A DNA stretch of 64,000 bases, taken from the sequence record PZ445534.1. One strand, 5' to 3'. The notes beneath the pieces are model-generated. The model did no database searches. It was not told the DNA's origin and saw only the letters and a program-made list of their open reading frames with translations. A program made the position numbers and the translations under genes. Positions 18,990-29,042 of the stretch are shown here, in pieces; position 1 is the first letter of the stretch; the number at the start of each line of letters is the position of its first letter. Source of the DNA: a phage.

Positions 18990-19737
18990 CTCAAGAGAAG
19001 CAGTAAAAAACTGGAATCTTCGTTGTGGAAACACTCAAAAGCAACCTTACAGTGATGAGTATTGGGAATCTTTAAAATCCCAGTCTCTGTGTATGCTTGA
19101 AGAAGCAAAAGAGCTTGTAAAAGCAATTGAAGAGAAAGACCCCATTGAGACACTGGATGCTCAGGCAGATTTGCAATATGTTCTTGATGGTCTGATTTAT
19201 CTGTCACAACATGACCATAACGGTGCTATGAAAGCTGTTTGCCATAATAATGACCTGAAATACACAGATAACTATGAAGAAGCTTTAAAACGTCTTGCAG
19301 ATATTGAAAAGCGTACTGGTCAAGAGTGTATTATCAGAATGTCAGTAGTTGATGGTAAAGAGTGGTATGCAATTGTTCGTGCAGCAGATGGGAAGATTAT
19401 GAAGCAATCAAATCTCCCTAAAGTACAGCTTGGTGAATACATTGTAGAACTTGAAAGCCAAGAACTTTTTGTGGTAGTATCTGAGACATGCGTTATCTGC
19501 AAAGGTATTGTATGTAGCTTAAAGGATTTGGGTGTAGATGGTTTTGTAGAAGTTAATCCAATTACCTCTAAAGCAGATAAAGATTTCTGTAAAGAGAATG
19601 GACTATGGATTGCAGATATTGTCTACTATGATGGTGAGCAGTTCCATGTAACCTCATACCCGAAACTGAATTATGATGCTAATAACCTGAAGTGCTGGTT
19701 AAAAGGGGTTGGTTATAATGGATTCACAGAACATTAA
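18982..19737 (+). CDS. hypothetical protein
   Basis: 251-aa ORF. Confidence 0.4.
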   Translation: MFNSREAVKNWNLRCGNTQKQPYSDEYWESLKSQSLCMLEEAKELVKAIEEKDPIETLDAQADLQYVLDGLIYLSQHDHNGAMKAVCHNNDLKYTDNYEEALKRLADIEKRTGQECIIRMSVVDGKEWYAIVRAADGKIMKQSNLPKVQLGEYIVELESQELFVVVSETCVICKGIVCSLKDLGVDGFVEVNPITSKADKDFCKENGLWIADIVYYDGEQFHVTSYPKLNYDANNLKCWLKGVGYNGFTEH

Positions 19738-20041
19738 TAAAGAGGGTGTGGCTCAGAAGAGCCACTTCTCAAACTACAATATTTCTATGACGGTGTTTAT
19801 GAATGACCCGTTACTAGAAAAATATGGTGAGACTCCAGATACACTTCTGGACAATGAACAAGTTTTAAAAGCAGTCCTGTACAAATATGGGATTGATATT
19901 GAGAAAGAGTATTCTTTTGAAATCTGCCAACACAGAAATACTTTTGGGAAAGTTGTAATGGCTCCACTCTTCATGGGTGTAGAAAGGACTGACTATGGTT
20001 GGTTATATCTAAAAAGAAACTTGGAGAAATACCGTGTCTAA
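19709..20041 (+). CDS. hypothetical protein
   Basis: 110-aa ORF. Confidence 0.35.
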   Translation: MVIMDSQNINKEGVAQKSHFSNYNISMTVFMNDPLLEKYGETPDTLLDNEQVLKAVLYKYGIDIEKEYSFEICQHRNTFGKVVMAPLFMGVERTDYGWLYLKRNLEKYRV

Positions 20042-20369
20042 AACAAAAAAGCTATCTTATGATGACATTATCTCAGGTGCTAAGTTAGGTGTTGACAGTA
20101 TCGGACAAGATATCAAGCACGGAGACACAGTCATGTACTGTGATGACCGAAGAGGAAGAAGTGCAATCTTGTTTGGAAGGATTGTTTGCAAGATGCGAGG
20201 TAATTACGTTGTTGCAGACATGGATGTGAACGTTACACAAAAACTTGAAACAATTATGGATGATAATACACCATCATGGTTCCTAAATTGTATGCACACC
20301 TCGTCAGTCACAAAAGTAAGTGATAAGTTTTACGATATGTGGCAGAATGAGCAAATTTTCAAGATTTAA
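20034..20369 (+). CDS. hypothetical protein
   Basis: 111-aa ORF. Confidence 0.35.
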   Translation: MSKTKKLSYDDIISGAKLGVDSIGQDIKHGDTVMYCDDRRGRSAILFGRIVCKMRGNYVVADMDVNVTQKLETIMDDNTPSWFLNCMHTSSVTKVSDKFYDMWQNEQIFKI

Positions 20370-20374
20370 ACTAT

Positions 20375-20398
20375 GGAGCCTCTTCGGAGGCTCTTTTC
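20375..20398 (+). terminator. rho-independent terminator
   Basis: GGAGCCTC-TTCG-GAGGCTC stem-loop plus TTTT. Confidence 0.65.
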
Positions 20399-20415
20399 AT
20401 CTGTAGGATTCAAAA

Positions 20416-22650
20416 ATGATTAAGACAATTAAAAAATCAAACGGTACAGTAGTAAGCTTTGACCCAGAAAGACTGAATAAGTGGGCATCATGGGCAGATA
20501 AACGTGGGATTATCTGGTCAGAAGTCACTATGGAAGCCATGAAACGTGTCTATGAGGGTTGCACTACAAAAGAGATGCACCAAGCCATGATTGATGTTTG
20601 TGTTGATAAACAAACTCAAGAGTACTCAGATATGGCTGGACGACTGCTTTTGGGTATTATCTACAAAGAAGCCTTTGGAGGCTTTACTAAGGTTCCTACG
20701 CTGGTTACCTTCGTTAAAAATATGGAGAGAGCAGGACTTTGGGAGAAGATGGACTATTCACAGGAAGAGCTTGAATATCTGCAAGGTTACATCGTACACT
20801 CAAAAGATATCTCTTACGGCTATGCAGTCTTGAAACAGTTCAGAGACAAGTATGGTATCCGTGATATTAAAACTGGAAGACTTTTTGAGTCACCACAATT
20901 TATGTTTATGGGTATGGCTATGAAAGCCTTTGAGAAGCAACCAAAGCACCGTAGACTGCAAGATGTTATCAAGCTGTACACTTACCTATCCGACCTGAAG
21001 ATTAACGCTCCTACGCCTTATTTAAATGGTTTAAGAGCAACTAAATCAGGTTATGCGTCATGCTGTTTGATTAAGGCAAATGATACTGCTGAGTCTCTCG
21101 GTATTGCTGCAAAGGTTGCTTATGATATGACCACAAAGCAAGCTGGTATTGGTATGCTGATGGAGACACGTACTATTGGTGATGGTATCCGTCAAAACAC
21201 TATTGAGCACATGGGTAAACTACCTTATTACAAGCTTGTACGTTCATCTGTAGAGGCAAACAAACAGAAGAGCCGTGGTGGTTCAGCTAATAACTTCTAC
21301 ACCGCTCTAGACCCGCAGATTGAAGACTTACTGCGTTTGAAGCACCCTACAACGGTTCCTTCTAAACGTATTAATGAGATGGACTACTCATTCGGCACAA
21401 ACGATTATTTCTGGCAGTGTGTTCAGTATGATACAGATTGGTTGCTATTCTCGTACAAAGATGCACCAAAACTCTATGACATGTTCTACACAGCATCTGC
21501 TGATGAGTTTGCTATGGCAGTTGGTCACGCAGTACACTCAGGAGTTAAGCACAGACGAGTTAAGGCTCGTGAAATTGCTAAGCTGTTTATTCAACAGCGT
21601 TATGCTACAGGACGTGTGTATCCATTCTTCACTAACAATGCAAACACACATACACCATTTAAAGAGCCTTTGAAGATGTCAAATCTTTGTATGGAAATTG
21701 TGTTGCCAGTGTATGGTTTTGAGAAAGAGACAGACCTTTACAGAGACGATGCTGTGAAAGAGGATGGTGAGGTGGCTCTTTGCTTCCTAGCTAGTTTGGT
21801 TGCAGGGAGAATTTCAGAAGATGAATACGCTGACGTTGCTTATTATGCTCTTGCAATGGTTGACTCCGTTATTGACCTTATGGATTATCCGTATCCGTCG
21901 ATGCGTAACCATGTTCAGAAGCGTCGTTCTGTTGGGATTGGCCTTACAAATGTGGCTCATTACCTTGCGAAGAACTACGTGAACTACTCTTCACGAGCAG
22001 GTAAAACGAAACTTCATGAACTTGCAGAGATGCACTCTTACTATCTGCATGAAGCTTCTCTGAGACTTGCTAAAGAGCGTGGTGTTCCAGAGTACATGAA
22101 GTTCACTAAGTATCCTGAAGGCTGGGTTCCTCCAAAGACAGCTAACAAGAAGATTGATGAAAAGCATGATGCAAAACTACGATATGATTGGGATGACTTA
22201 GCACAACGTATCAAAGAAAATGGTGGAATCCGAAACTCTGTATTAGAAGCTTACATGCCTAATGAGAGTTCTTCACTAGCAACTAATACGACAAACGGCT
22301 TGTACCCAATTCGTGACTTTATTTTAACTAAAAAGTCTGCAACTGGTAACGTACTGTTTATTGTTCCAGATTATGAAGAGTTGAAGTATGTCTATGAAAT
22401 TGCTTGGAATATTGACACCTTTGATATGATTGATTGTTATGCAATTGTTCAAAAGTTCACTGGTCAAGCTATCTCTTCAGACTTCTATGTTGACTATGCA
22501 AAGTCTAAGAAGGTATCATTGGCTCAAGCTCTGAAGTACATGATTTATGCCAACTCGGTAGGTATGAAAACAATGTACTACCTTAACAGTCGCATTGGTG
22601 TAGGTAAATCTGCACTGCAAGATGCTTATTGCGAGGGTTGTGGTGTTTAG
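20416..22650 (+). CDS. nrdA: ribonucleoside-diphosphate reductase class Ia large subunit
   Basis: N-terminal ATP-cone-like segment, 744 aa, C-terminal CEGCGV cysteine pair. Confidence 0.85.
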   Translation: MIKTIKKSNGTVVSFDPERLNKWASWADKRGIIWSEVTMEAMKRVYEGCTTKEMHQAMIDVCVDKQTQEYSDMAGRLLLGIIYKEAFGGFTKVPTLVTFVKNMERAGLWEKMDYSQEELEYLQGYIVHSKDISYGYAVLKQFRDKYGIRDIKTGRLFESPQFMFMGMAMKAFEKQPKHRRLQDVIKLYTYLSDLKINAPTPYLNGLRATKSGYASCCLIKANDTAESLGIAAKVAYDMTTKQAGIGMLMETRTIGDGIRQNTIEHMGKLPYYKLVRSSVEANKQKSRGGSANNFYTALDPQIEDLLRLKHPTTVPSKRINEMDYSFGTNDYFWQCVQYDTDWLLFSYKDAPKLYDMFYTASADEFAMAVGHAVHSGVKHRRVKAREIAKLFIQQRYATGRVYPFFTNNANTHTPFKEPLKMSNLCMEIVLPVYGFEKETDLYRDDAVKEDGEVALCFLASLVAGRISEDEYADVAYYALAMVDSVIDLMDYPYPSMRNHVQKRRSVGIGLTNVAHYLAKNYVNYSSRAGKTKLHELAEMHSYYLHEASLRLAKERGVPEYMKFTKYPEGWVPPKTANKKIDEKHDAKLRYDWDDLAQRIKENGGIRNSVLEAYMPNESSSLATNTTNGLYPIRDFILTKKSATGNVLFIVPDYEELKYVYEIAWNIDTFDMIDCYAIVQKFTGQAISSDFYVDYAKSKKVSLAQALKYMIYANSVGMKTMYYLNSRIGVGKSALQDAYCEGCGV

Positions 22651-22705
22651 TTTTAACAACTATGAGGGTCGTAAAAGACCCTCTAAAAATAACTTTGGAG
22701 AGACC

Positions 22706-22963
22706 ATGAAAGATTTAATAGAAAAACATGAGCGACCTATATACTTGCTCCACAAGCCTCGGAAAACGATGTACTATGTGAGTAGCACAGACATGATGAT
22801 AAAACAAAATGATGACTCATGGGTTGCTGGTATCTCTTACATCTCTACAGCAGATGGTAAAATCTATGCAAGACCTTATGAGATGTTTAACAAAGAAAAT
22901 TGGGAAGTTTTAGACAGAAAACAAGCCTTAGAAATGATAAAGAAAGGAGAAATCACACTATGA
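22706..22963 (+). CDS. hypothetical protein between nrdA and nrdB
   Basis: ATG at 22706 with GGAGA RBS; ORF track gives longer version from 22622. Confidence 0.35.
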   Translation: MKDLIEKHERPIYLLHKPRKTMYYVSSTDMMIKQNDDSWVAGISYISTADGKIYARPYEMFNKENWEVLDRKQALEMIKKGEITL

Positions 22964-24033
22964 TTAACCAGCACCCAATCTTTTTAGGTGGTGAGAGAAA
23001 AACTTTTGACTCACTTAATAAACACTACCCAAAAATCTTTGAGCTTTATAAGCAACAAAAAGCACAAGACTGGTCAGAAGATGAGTTCCCTTTTGAACAA
23101 TCACGTCTTGATTTTGAGAGTGTCCCAGCATCAATGTCAGGTGTAATGCTTGAGATTCTTAAGTGGCAGTGGGAAGCAGATACCCAAGTTGCTAAGAGCT
23201 TGGCATTTGCCTTTGCACCATTTATCTCTGATGACATCTATGCAACTGCAATTATGAAGCAGTCTGAGATTGAAAACCTACATGCTCTTACTTACTCAGA
23301 GATTGTAAGGCAATGTATTAAAAACCCTGAAACAATCTTAGATGAGATTAACCAGAATGTTGCTGTGCAAGACCGATTAAAAACTGTGAATCGTGTTCTT
23401 GAAGAATTACTGGATGAAGGTATAAACTATCGTCTGAATTATGTTCGTGATTCACTTCTGGACAAAGACCCTTTACACTTCCATAAAGTGATTCTGAAAG
23501 GGCTGTTTGCAGTGACTGCACTTGAAGGTATATCTTTTATGGCATCATTTGCATGTACTTTTGCACTTGATGCTCAAGATAAATTTCAGGGTATTGCTCA
23601 AGCTGTCCAGAAAATTATGCTTGATGAAATCCTTCACACTAAAATTGATATTGAAGTTTTAAAAGAAACTTTAAGAGATGATGAGTGGCAGAAAGCTTTT
23701 CAACAGATTCTTCCAGAGATTAAAGTAATCTTAGATGAAGTAGTTGAAAGTGAAGAGAAATGGTCGTATTATATCTTCTCCGAAGGACGTGCTGTAGTTG
23801 GCTTAAATACAAAGCTTCTTCATGAGTGGGTTTACTATAATGCTGCCCCACTGTATGATATGTTTGGCATTCCCAGAGATTTTGTAGCTCCTAAAGAACC
23901 ACCTTTGAAGTACATGATTAAGAAGATGGAAATTGATAAAGAGCAGAATGCTAATCAGGAGCAACAGAACGGTGCGTACCTATTGAATACTGTTGTAGAT
24001 GATTTGAATAGTGGATTTTTAGAGGTTCCTTAA
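22960..24033 (+). CDS. nrdB: ribonucleoside-diphosphate reductase small subunit
   Basis: R2-like iron-ligand region ...ENLHALTYSEIV...; start at internal ATG 22960 with AAGGAGA RBS (ORF track start 22900). Confidence 0.8.
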   Translation: MINQHPIFLGGERKTFDSLNKHYPKIFELYKQQKAQDWSEDEFPFEQSRLDFESVPASMSGVMLEILKWQWEADTQVAKSLAFAFAPFISDDIYATAIMKQSEIENLHALTYSEIVRQCIKNPETILDEINQNVAVQDRLKTVNRVLEELLDEGINYRLNYVRDSLLDKDPLHFHKVILKGLFAVTALEGISFMASFACTFALDAQDKFQGIAQAVQKIMLDEILHTKIDIEVLKETLRDDEWQKAFQQILPEIKVILDEVVESEEKWSYYIFSEGRAVVGLNTKLLHEWVYYNAAPLYDMFGIPRDFVAPKEPPLKYMIKKMEIDKEQNANQEQQNGAYLLNTVVDDLNSGFLEVP

Positions 24034-24275
24034 TGACTTATGTAATTTACTCCAAAACTGGATGCCCTCAGTGTGAGACTGCAAAGAATTTTGCAAAAGC
24101 TCGTGGTATTGACCATGTTGTGAGAATGTTAGGGCAGGATTATGAACTGTCAGACCTGATGGATATTGCACAGATGCCAGTCCGTCAGATGCCATTCATC
24201 ATGAAAACCGATGGACAAAACCTAAAACCTGTTGGGACGCTACAGAATTTTATGGCAGAGGTGAATAATGCTTAA
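24033..24275 (+). CDS. glutaredoxin-like protein (NrdH/NrdC-like)
   Basis: CPQC redox motif near N-terminus of 80-aa ORF directly after nrdB. Confidence 0.7.
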   Translation: MTYVIYSKTGCPQCETAKNFAKARGIDHVVRMLGQDYELSDLMDIAQMPVRQMPFIMKTDGQNLKPVGTLQNFMAEVNNA

Positions 24276-24474
24276 ACGCATTTGGGAAGGTTTGGTTGTT
24301 GATGCACCAGCTATTGTGATTGGTATGCTTATTGTTAACCTATTTACTGACTTTGAACAAGGTTCATTGTTTGGAGCCATGTTACTATGGGTTATCTTCG
24401 AAATATTAGAGATACAGCTAGGCATCACTGAAAAACTAAGAGAAATCTTTGCGAAGTTTTCTAAAAAGATTTAA
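24268..24474 (+). CDS. hypothetical small membrane protein
   Basis: 68-aa hydrophobic ORF. Confidence 0.3.
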   Translation: MLKRIWEGLVVDAPAIVIGMLIVNLFTDFEQGSLFGAMLLWVIFEILEIQLGITEKLREIFAKFSKKI

Positions 24475-24481
24475 AATGAAA

Positions 24482-24504
24482 GGGTCTCTTCGGAGACCTT
24501 TTTA
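24482..24504 (+). terminator. rho-independent terminator
   Basis: GGGTCTC-TTCG-GAGACC plus TTTTT. Confidence 0.65.
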
Positions 24505-24522
24505 GCATGTAAAGGGGCAATA

Positions 24523-25722
24523 ATGAACAAAGTACAGATTATTAAAAAGAATGGCTCACTTGAAGAACCTGATATCAAAAAAGTTTTAGCAGCAGTCACA
24601 AAGTCAGCTAACAGAGTTGGTTATAAAGAGCTTCCACCAGATGTTACTCAAGCTCTTGAGTCAGCATTTATGAGGATTCTGGTAAAGTCCACTAAGCAGA
24701 ATAATTTGCTAATTTCGGTAAATGATATTCACAGTATTGTTGAGGGTGCTTTGGCAGAAGTCAATCACGAGATTTATGAGTCTTACTCAACATATAGAAA
24801 TTACCGTAAAGAGGTTGCTCAAAATTGGGATGAACTCTACCAGAAGACCAAAGATACACTCTTCTTAGGCGACCGAGAAAACGCTAATTTTGACAGCAGT
24901 TTAATTTCTACAAAAGGCTCAATTATTCGTGGTTACCTGACTAAAGAAATCTTTAAACAGTACCATTTAACACCAGAGGAACTTGAAGCCATTGAAAAAG
25001 GATTTATCTATATCCATGATTTAAGAGACCTAATTTTTGGTGGTATCAACTGTTGCCTGTTTGACATTGGTAAAGTCCTGAAAGGTGGCTTTGAAATGTC
25101 TGGCATTGAATATTGTGAACCGAAGTCTGTGCTGTCAGCCTTACAGGTTATTGGTGATGTAGTTCTTTCAGCAACTGCACAGCAATTTGGTGGCTTTACT
25201 TTAGCAGAGATTGATAAGGTACTTGTACCGTATGCTAAGAAGTCTCTACGTTACCATGCTGAAAAAGCAACAGCTTATGGTATTCCTAAAGAACATTACC
25301 ACAACTATGTCATGGAGCAGCTACAGATTGAATTAACTCAAGGTTTTCAGTCTCTTGAAATGAAGCTCAATACTGTGCCTTGTAGCCGTGGTGATTTTGC
25401 ATTCACAACTTTGACATTCGGGTTACTTGACTCAGATATGTCTAATGAAGATAACCGACTGCAATACATGATTGCGAGCACTCTCCTAGATGTTCGTATG
25501 AATGGACAAGGTAAGAGCAAGAAACCTGTTGTATTCCCTAAACTGGTTTATATTTATGACCAGAAGAGACACAATGAGAATATCTGTCAAGGCCACCTGT
25601 ACAGTAAAGCTATTGAGTGTTGCTCTAAAGCTATGTATCCAGATTTCTTAAGTGTATCTGGACATGGTGCTGTAGCAGAGGCTTTTGAGCGTTCTGGCAA
25701 GGTAATTTCCCCGATGGGTTAA
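24523..25722 (+). CDS. nrdD: anaerobic ribonucleoside-triphosphate reductase, exon 1
   Basis: ATP-cone-like N-terminus; ORF ends at TAA 25720-25722 which lies at start of intron-like sequence. Confidence 0.75.
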   Translation: MNKVQIIKKNGSLEEPDIKKVLAAVTKSANRVGYKELPPDVTQALESAFMRILVKSTKQNNLLISVNDIHSIVEGALAEVNHEIYESYSTYRNYRKEVAQNWDELYQKTKDTLFLGDRENANFDSSLISTKGSIIRGYLTKEIFKQYHLTPEELEAIEKGFIYIHDLRDLIFGGINCCLFDIGKVLKGGFEMSGIEYCEPKSVLSALQVIGDVVLSATAQQFGGFTLAEIDKVLVPYAKKSLRYHAEKATAYGIPKEHYHNYVMEQLQIELTQGFQSLEMKLNTVPCSRGDFAFTTLTFGLLDSDMSNEDNRLQYMIASTLLDVRMNGQGKSKKPVVFPKLVYIYDQKRHNENICQGHLYSKAIECCSKAMYPDFLSVSGHGAVAEAFERSGKVISPMG

Positions 25723-26023
25723 CAAGCTCTATAGCTCATCTAAAACGTGCCTAAACAGGGAAACTCTACAGATGTAGACAATCCTGTGCTAAATGATGTA
25801 CGATGTAAGAAACTATACAACATAGGAGTCTTACATGCCAAATAACTTCGAATATGAGTTTGAATACATCTAAATGCCGAACGACTAACCGTGATGAATG
25901 TAGCGGTGTAGGGTCAAGCGACTCGAAATGGTACGCTACTTAGAAATAAGTAGAAGATATAGTCTGGACTTACTGGCGACAGTAAGCAGCTTGAATAAAG
26001 CGGGGTAAGCTTAGCGAACTTAC
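25720..26023 (+). ncRNA. putative ORF-less group I intron in nrdD
   Basis: AAACAGGGAAACTCTACAGATGTAGACAATCCTGTGCTAAAT closely resembles the T4 td intron core as recalled; S-like AAGATATAGTC element present; 3' boundary uncertain (26014-26038). Confidence 0.7.
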
Positions 26024-26983
26024 TTGAACAACAAGTGTAGAGCATTTTTATCACCATACCATAACGAACATGGTGAAGAGTTTTATGTAGGTCGTGCTAA
26101 CATTGGTGCTGTATCTTTGAACTTACCAATGATTTATCAGTACACCAAAGAGAATGGCTTAGATTTCTGGAAAGAGCTTGATAAGTACCTAGAAATGATT
26201 CGCAGCTTCCACAAGAAACGTTACGAAATGATTGCTAATATGCCAGCAAGTTCTAACCCTCTTGCATTCACACAGGGTGGTCTGTACAAAGGGAATAAGA
26301 AACCTACTGACAAGGTTGGCTGGGATATCGTGAAGTCCTTCACAGCTTCTTTTGGGGTTACTGCGCTTGATGAGCTATCTGTTCTTGCTGAAGGTAAACG
26401 ACTCCATGAAGTTGGAAGCTGTAGTTTTGCATATGATGTTCTGGCATACATTAACATGAAAACTGAAGAGTTTAAGAACGAAGATGGCTTCTTGTATGCG
26501 GTATATGGCACTCCAGCAGAATCACTTTGTGGAACTCAGTTAAAACAGTTCAGAGATATGTTTGGCGTTATTAAAGGTGTCTCTGACAAGGAATACTTTA
26601 CAAACAGTTTCCATATGAATGTTGCAGCAGACATCTCACCATTTGAGAAGCAGGACTTAGAAGAGCCATTCTTCCATATCTGTAGAGGTGGTAGAATCCA
26701 GTATGTAAGGGTAGCTAACCCAGAAAACTTAACAGCACTTAAAAGTTGTATTACAAGAGGGATGTTGAAAGGTTTCTATCAGGGGCTTAACTTTGACTTA
26801 GCAATCTGTGAACATTGTGGTAACAGACCAAAGGCTGATGTTGAAGAATGTGAGGTTTGCCATTCACATGATATCTCTGTGATTAACAGGGTGTGCGGGT
26901 ACTTGTCATTCACAAAAATTAAAGGTCAGTCTCGAATGAATGACGCTAAGATGGCAGAAATTAAGGATAGGGTTTCTATGTAA
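26024..26983 (+). CDS. nrdD: anaerobic ribonucleoside-triphosphate reductase, exon 2
   Basis: C-terminal CEHCGN...CEVCH zinc site and glycyl-radical motif RVCGYL; true exon start probably slightly upstream of ORF-track start. Confidence 0.75.
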   Translation: MNNKCRAFLSPYHNEHGEEFYVGRANIGAVSLNLPMIYQYTKENGLDFWKELDKYLEMIRSFHKKRYEMIANMPASSNPLAFTQGGLYKGNKKPTDKVGWDIVKSFTASFGVTALDELSVLAEGKRLHEVGSCSFAYDVLAYINMKTEEFKNEDGFLYAVYGTPAESLCGTQLKQFRDMFGVIKGVSDKEYFTNSFHMNVAADISPFEKQDLEEPFFHICRGGRIQYVRVANPENLTALKSCITRGMLKGFYQGLNFDLAICEHCGNRPKADVEECEVCHSHDISVINRVCGYLSFTKIKGQSRMNDAKMAEIKDRVSM

Positions 26984-26994
26984 AACTTGACAAG

Positions 26995-27381
26995 GTGGTG
27001 TGGGTCTTGATAGGCTTACATCACCTTTTTATTTGGAGTTACATTATGGACTTGTGGCTTTATGTAGCAGTTTGTGGGATTGTATGTCTGATAATCTTAT
27101 TTATTCTTGGAATAATGCGATTTAGAGACATCATACAGTCAGATTTTTTGCCTGAGTTTACCATGATAGTTGGAGTTATTACACTTTGTGTCTTGGCTGT
27201 GTTCTATTCATACAAAACTGTGATATGGATGGAGGCAAACAATTGTGTAAAAACTCATCAGCATCGTGAGGTTACTCATTCTGTGAGTGTACTTAGTGGT
27301 AGCACCACTATACTTGTCCCACAAACTTCTGTAGAGTATCTTTACACATGTGATAATGGTAAAACTATATGGTGGAATTAA
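26995..27381 (+). CDS. hypothetical membrane protein
   Basis: TM-like segments. Confidence 0.35.
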   Translation: MVWVLIGLHHLFIWSYIMDLWLYVAVCGIVCLIILFILGIMRFRDIIQSDFLPEFTMIVGVITLCVLAVFYSYKTVIWMEANNCVKTHQHREVTHSVSVLSGSTTILVPQTSVEYLYTCDNGKTIWWN

Positions 27382-27584
27382 CAATGACAACACTCTTAAA
27401 AGTATTGATACCCATACTACATATAGCAGTCTTCTTTTTTGGTGTTAGTGTTATGGTATGGGGATTTTCAGACCCACAATGGAGTTTCTCATATCATGGT
27501 CAGATGGATTTATGGTCATGCTTCAAACCATTTTTAGGGTTAGCTATAGCATTCAGTGCATTACCAACTAAGGTGAAATTATGA
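27369..27584 (+). CDS. hypothetical membrane protein
   Basis: 71-aa hydrophobic ORF. Confidence 0.3.
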   Translation: MVELTMTTLLKVLIPILHIAVFFFGVSVMVWGFSDPQWSFSYHGQMDLWSCFKPFLGLAIAFSALPTKVKL

Positions 27585-27976
27585 TTAAGTTGAACCAAAA
27601 ACAGTTAGAGTGGCTTAAAGATTACGCCTCAGAGTGTGGCTCTTGCGAAAAGAATCACGTAAAATACTCAACATTCCATACAACCTTCACATTGTATATT
27701 GGCGACAACGTTCTAAGTGATTCCGTAGAAGATGGTGTACCGTTGCCTAATGAATTGCTTGACAAATTAGCTGTAGTCACTGGAACTTGGTCTGAAGAAG
27801 ACGGTCATGAATTATCTGACAATGTTGTCTTCTACAGTCTTGAAAATATTATGAATCCAGAGTACATTATGCTAATGACTTGTGCACAAGATTGTGTGCC
27901 ATTGCAAAACTTCATTAAAGAGCACTGTGAAGAATTTATTACTAAACAGGTTCCCTGTCAGGTAGTGTTTGAATGA
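27581..27976 (+). CDS. hypothetical protein
   Basis: 131-aa ORF. Confidence 0.35.
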   Translation: MIKLNQKQLEWLKDYASECGSCEKNHVKYSTFHTTFTLYIGDNVLSDSVEDGVPLPNELLDKLAVVTGTWSEEDGHELSDNVVFYSLENIMNPEYIMLMTCAQDCVPLQNFIKEHCEEFITKQVPCQVVFE

Positions 27977-28035
27977 GTAAAACAATTCGAAGAAAAGGTT
28001 TAAAGAGCGATTAAATAAATTGGTGAGGTAACTAG

Positions 28036-28521
28036 ATGAATTACATGGAGATTAGACCATTCGATACATCTAATGGTGAAGGGGTTCGTGTAAGCCTCTT
28101 CGTAGCTGGTTGTAAGCATCACTGTGAAGGCTGCTTTAACAGGGAGTCTTGGAAGTTTAATGCTGGTAAAGTATTTACTTATGCAAACTTCTACGGCATC
28201 ATTAAGTTAATGGATGATGATGCTGTCAGTGGGCTGTCAATACTTGGTGGAGAACCTCTGGATGATAGAAATATTCAAGAGGTTACCAACATATGCAAAC
28301 GTATTAAAACCGTTTACCCAGAAAAATCTATCTGGCTCTGGACAGGTTTTCAGTTACACGAAAAAATTCACCTAGATGTGATGAAATATGTTGACGTGGT
28401 GATTGATGGTAAGTATGATTCATCTAAACCAACAGTTAAACCATATCGTGGTTCTGATAACCAAAACCTCTGGAGAAAAGAGTATGGATGGCAAGGCGAT
28501 TGTCAATGGCGAGCAGAGTGA
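28036..28521 (+). CDS. nrdG: anaerobic ribonucleotide reductase activating protein (radical SAM)
   Basis: CxxxCxxC cluster GCKHHCEGCFN near N-terminus, about 160 aa. Confidence 0.8.
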   Translation: MNYMEIRPFDTSNGEGVRVSLFVAGCKHHCEGCFNRESWKFNAGKVFTYANFYGIIKLMDDDAVSGLSILGGEPLDDRNIQEVTNICKRIKTVYPEKSIWLWTGFQLHEKIHLDVMKYVDVVIDGKYDSSKPTVKPYRGSDNQNLWRKEYGWQGDCQWRAE

Positions 28522-28759
28522 TTATTCTGGCAAATGGACTTACGACATCAACAAGTTAGATGCTTGGATGATTTATACGAGAGAAAAATTTGGTGCAAGT
28601 TCATTATGTGCTCTTGCAACGATGGTGAAGAACGTTACCTTTGACATTCATGACTCAGATAAGTTTGGAGACTTCTACAGGATTCAAAACATCAGAGAAG
28701 GCATGACTCCAATTGGTATCACTGAAGAAGAACTTCATAAGTTCTGTATTAAACTTTAA
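28484..28759 (+). CDS. hypothetical protein
   Basis: ATG at 28484 with GGAGAAAAG RBS; overlaps nrdG 3' end in another frame. Confidence 0.3.
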   Translation: MDGKAIVNGEQSDYSGKWTYDINKLDAWMIYTREKFGASSLCALATMVKNVTFDIHDSDKFGDFYRIQNIREGMTPIGITEEELHKFCIKL

Positions 28760-29040
28760 TGAGAGAGACTAAAATGGGAATTTTAGGTAATATGAAAGCT
28801 GGCTTCTTGAAGGCACTGGCAAAAGCAGCAGCAATCATTTCTATGACTGGAAAGCAGGTTGGTGTAGATGCTTCAGCAGTTGCACAAGTTCTTACAAGCC
28901 AAATTGAACAGCAACCTTACATCTACGTAGGCCGTGGCAAAGGTGGTAAAAAACAAGCACATCGACCAACTGGTGCAGCAGCAATTAAACGTGCAGCTAA
29001 AAAAGCTCGTAACCGTAAACGTAATAAGAAGGCTAAATAA
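28759..29040 (+). CDS. hypothetical small basic protein
   Basis: Lys/Arg-rich C-terminus. Confidence 0.35.
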   Translation: MRETKMGILGNMKAGFLKALAKAAAIISMTGKQVGVDASAVAQVLTSQIEQQPYIYVGRGKGGKKQAHRPTGAAAIKRAAKKARNRKRNKKAK

Positions 29041-29042
29041 TC

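Noticed and set aside
24523-26983. nrdD as a frameshifted or decayed pseudogene
   Set aside because: Both halves are intact and conserved (ATP-cone N-terminus, glycyl-radical C-terminus) and the gap carries recognisable group I core sequence, so an intron is the better explanation.
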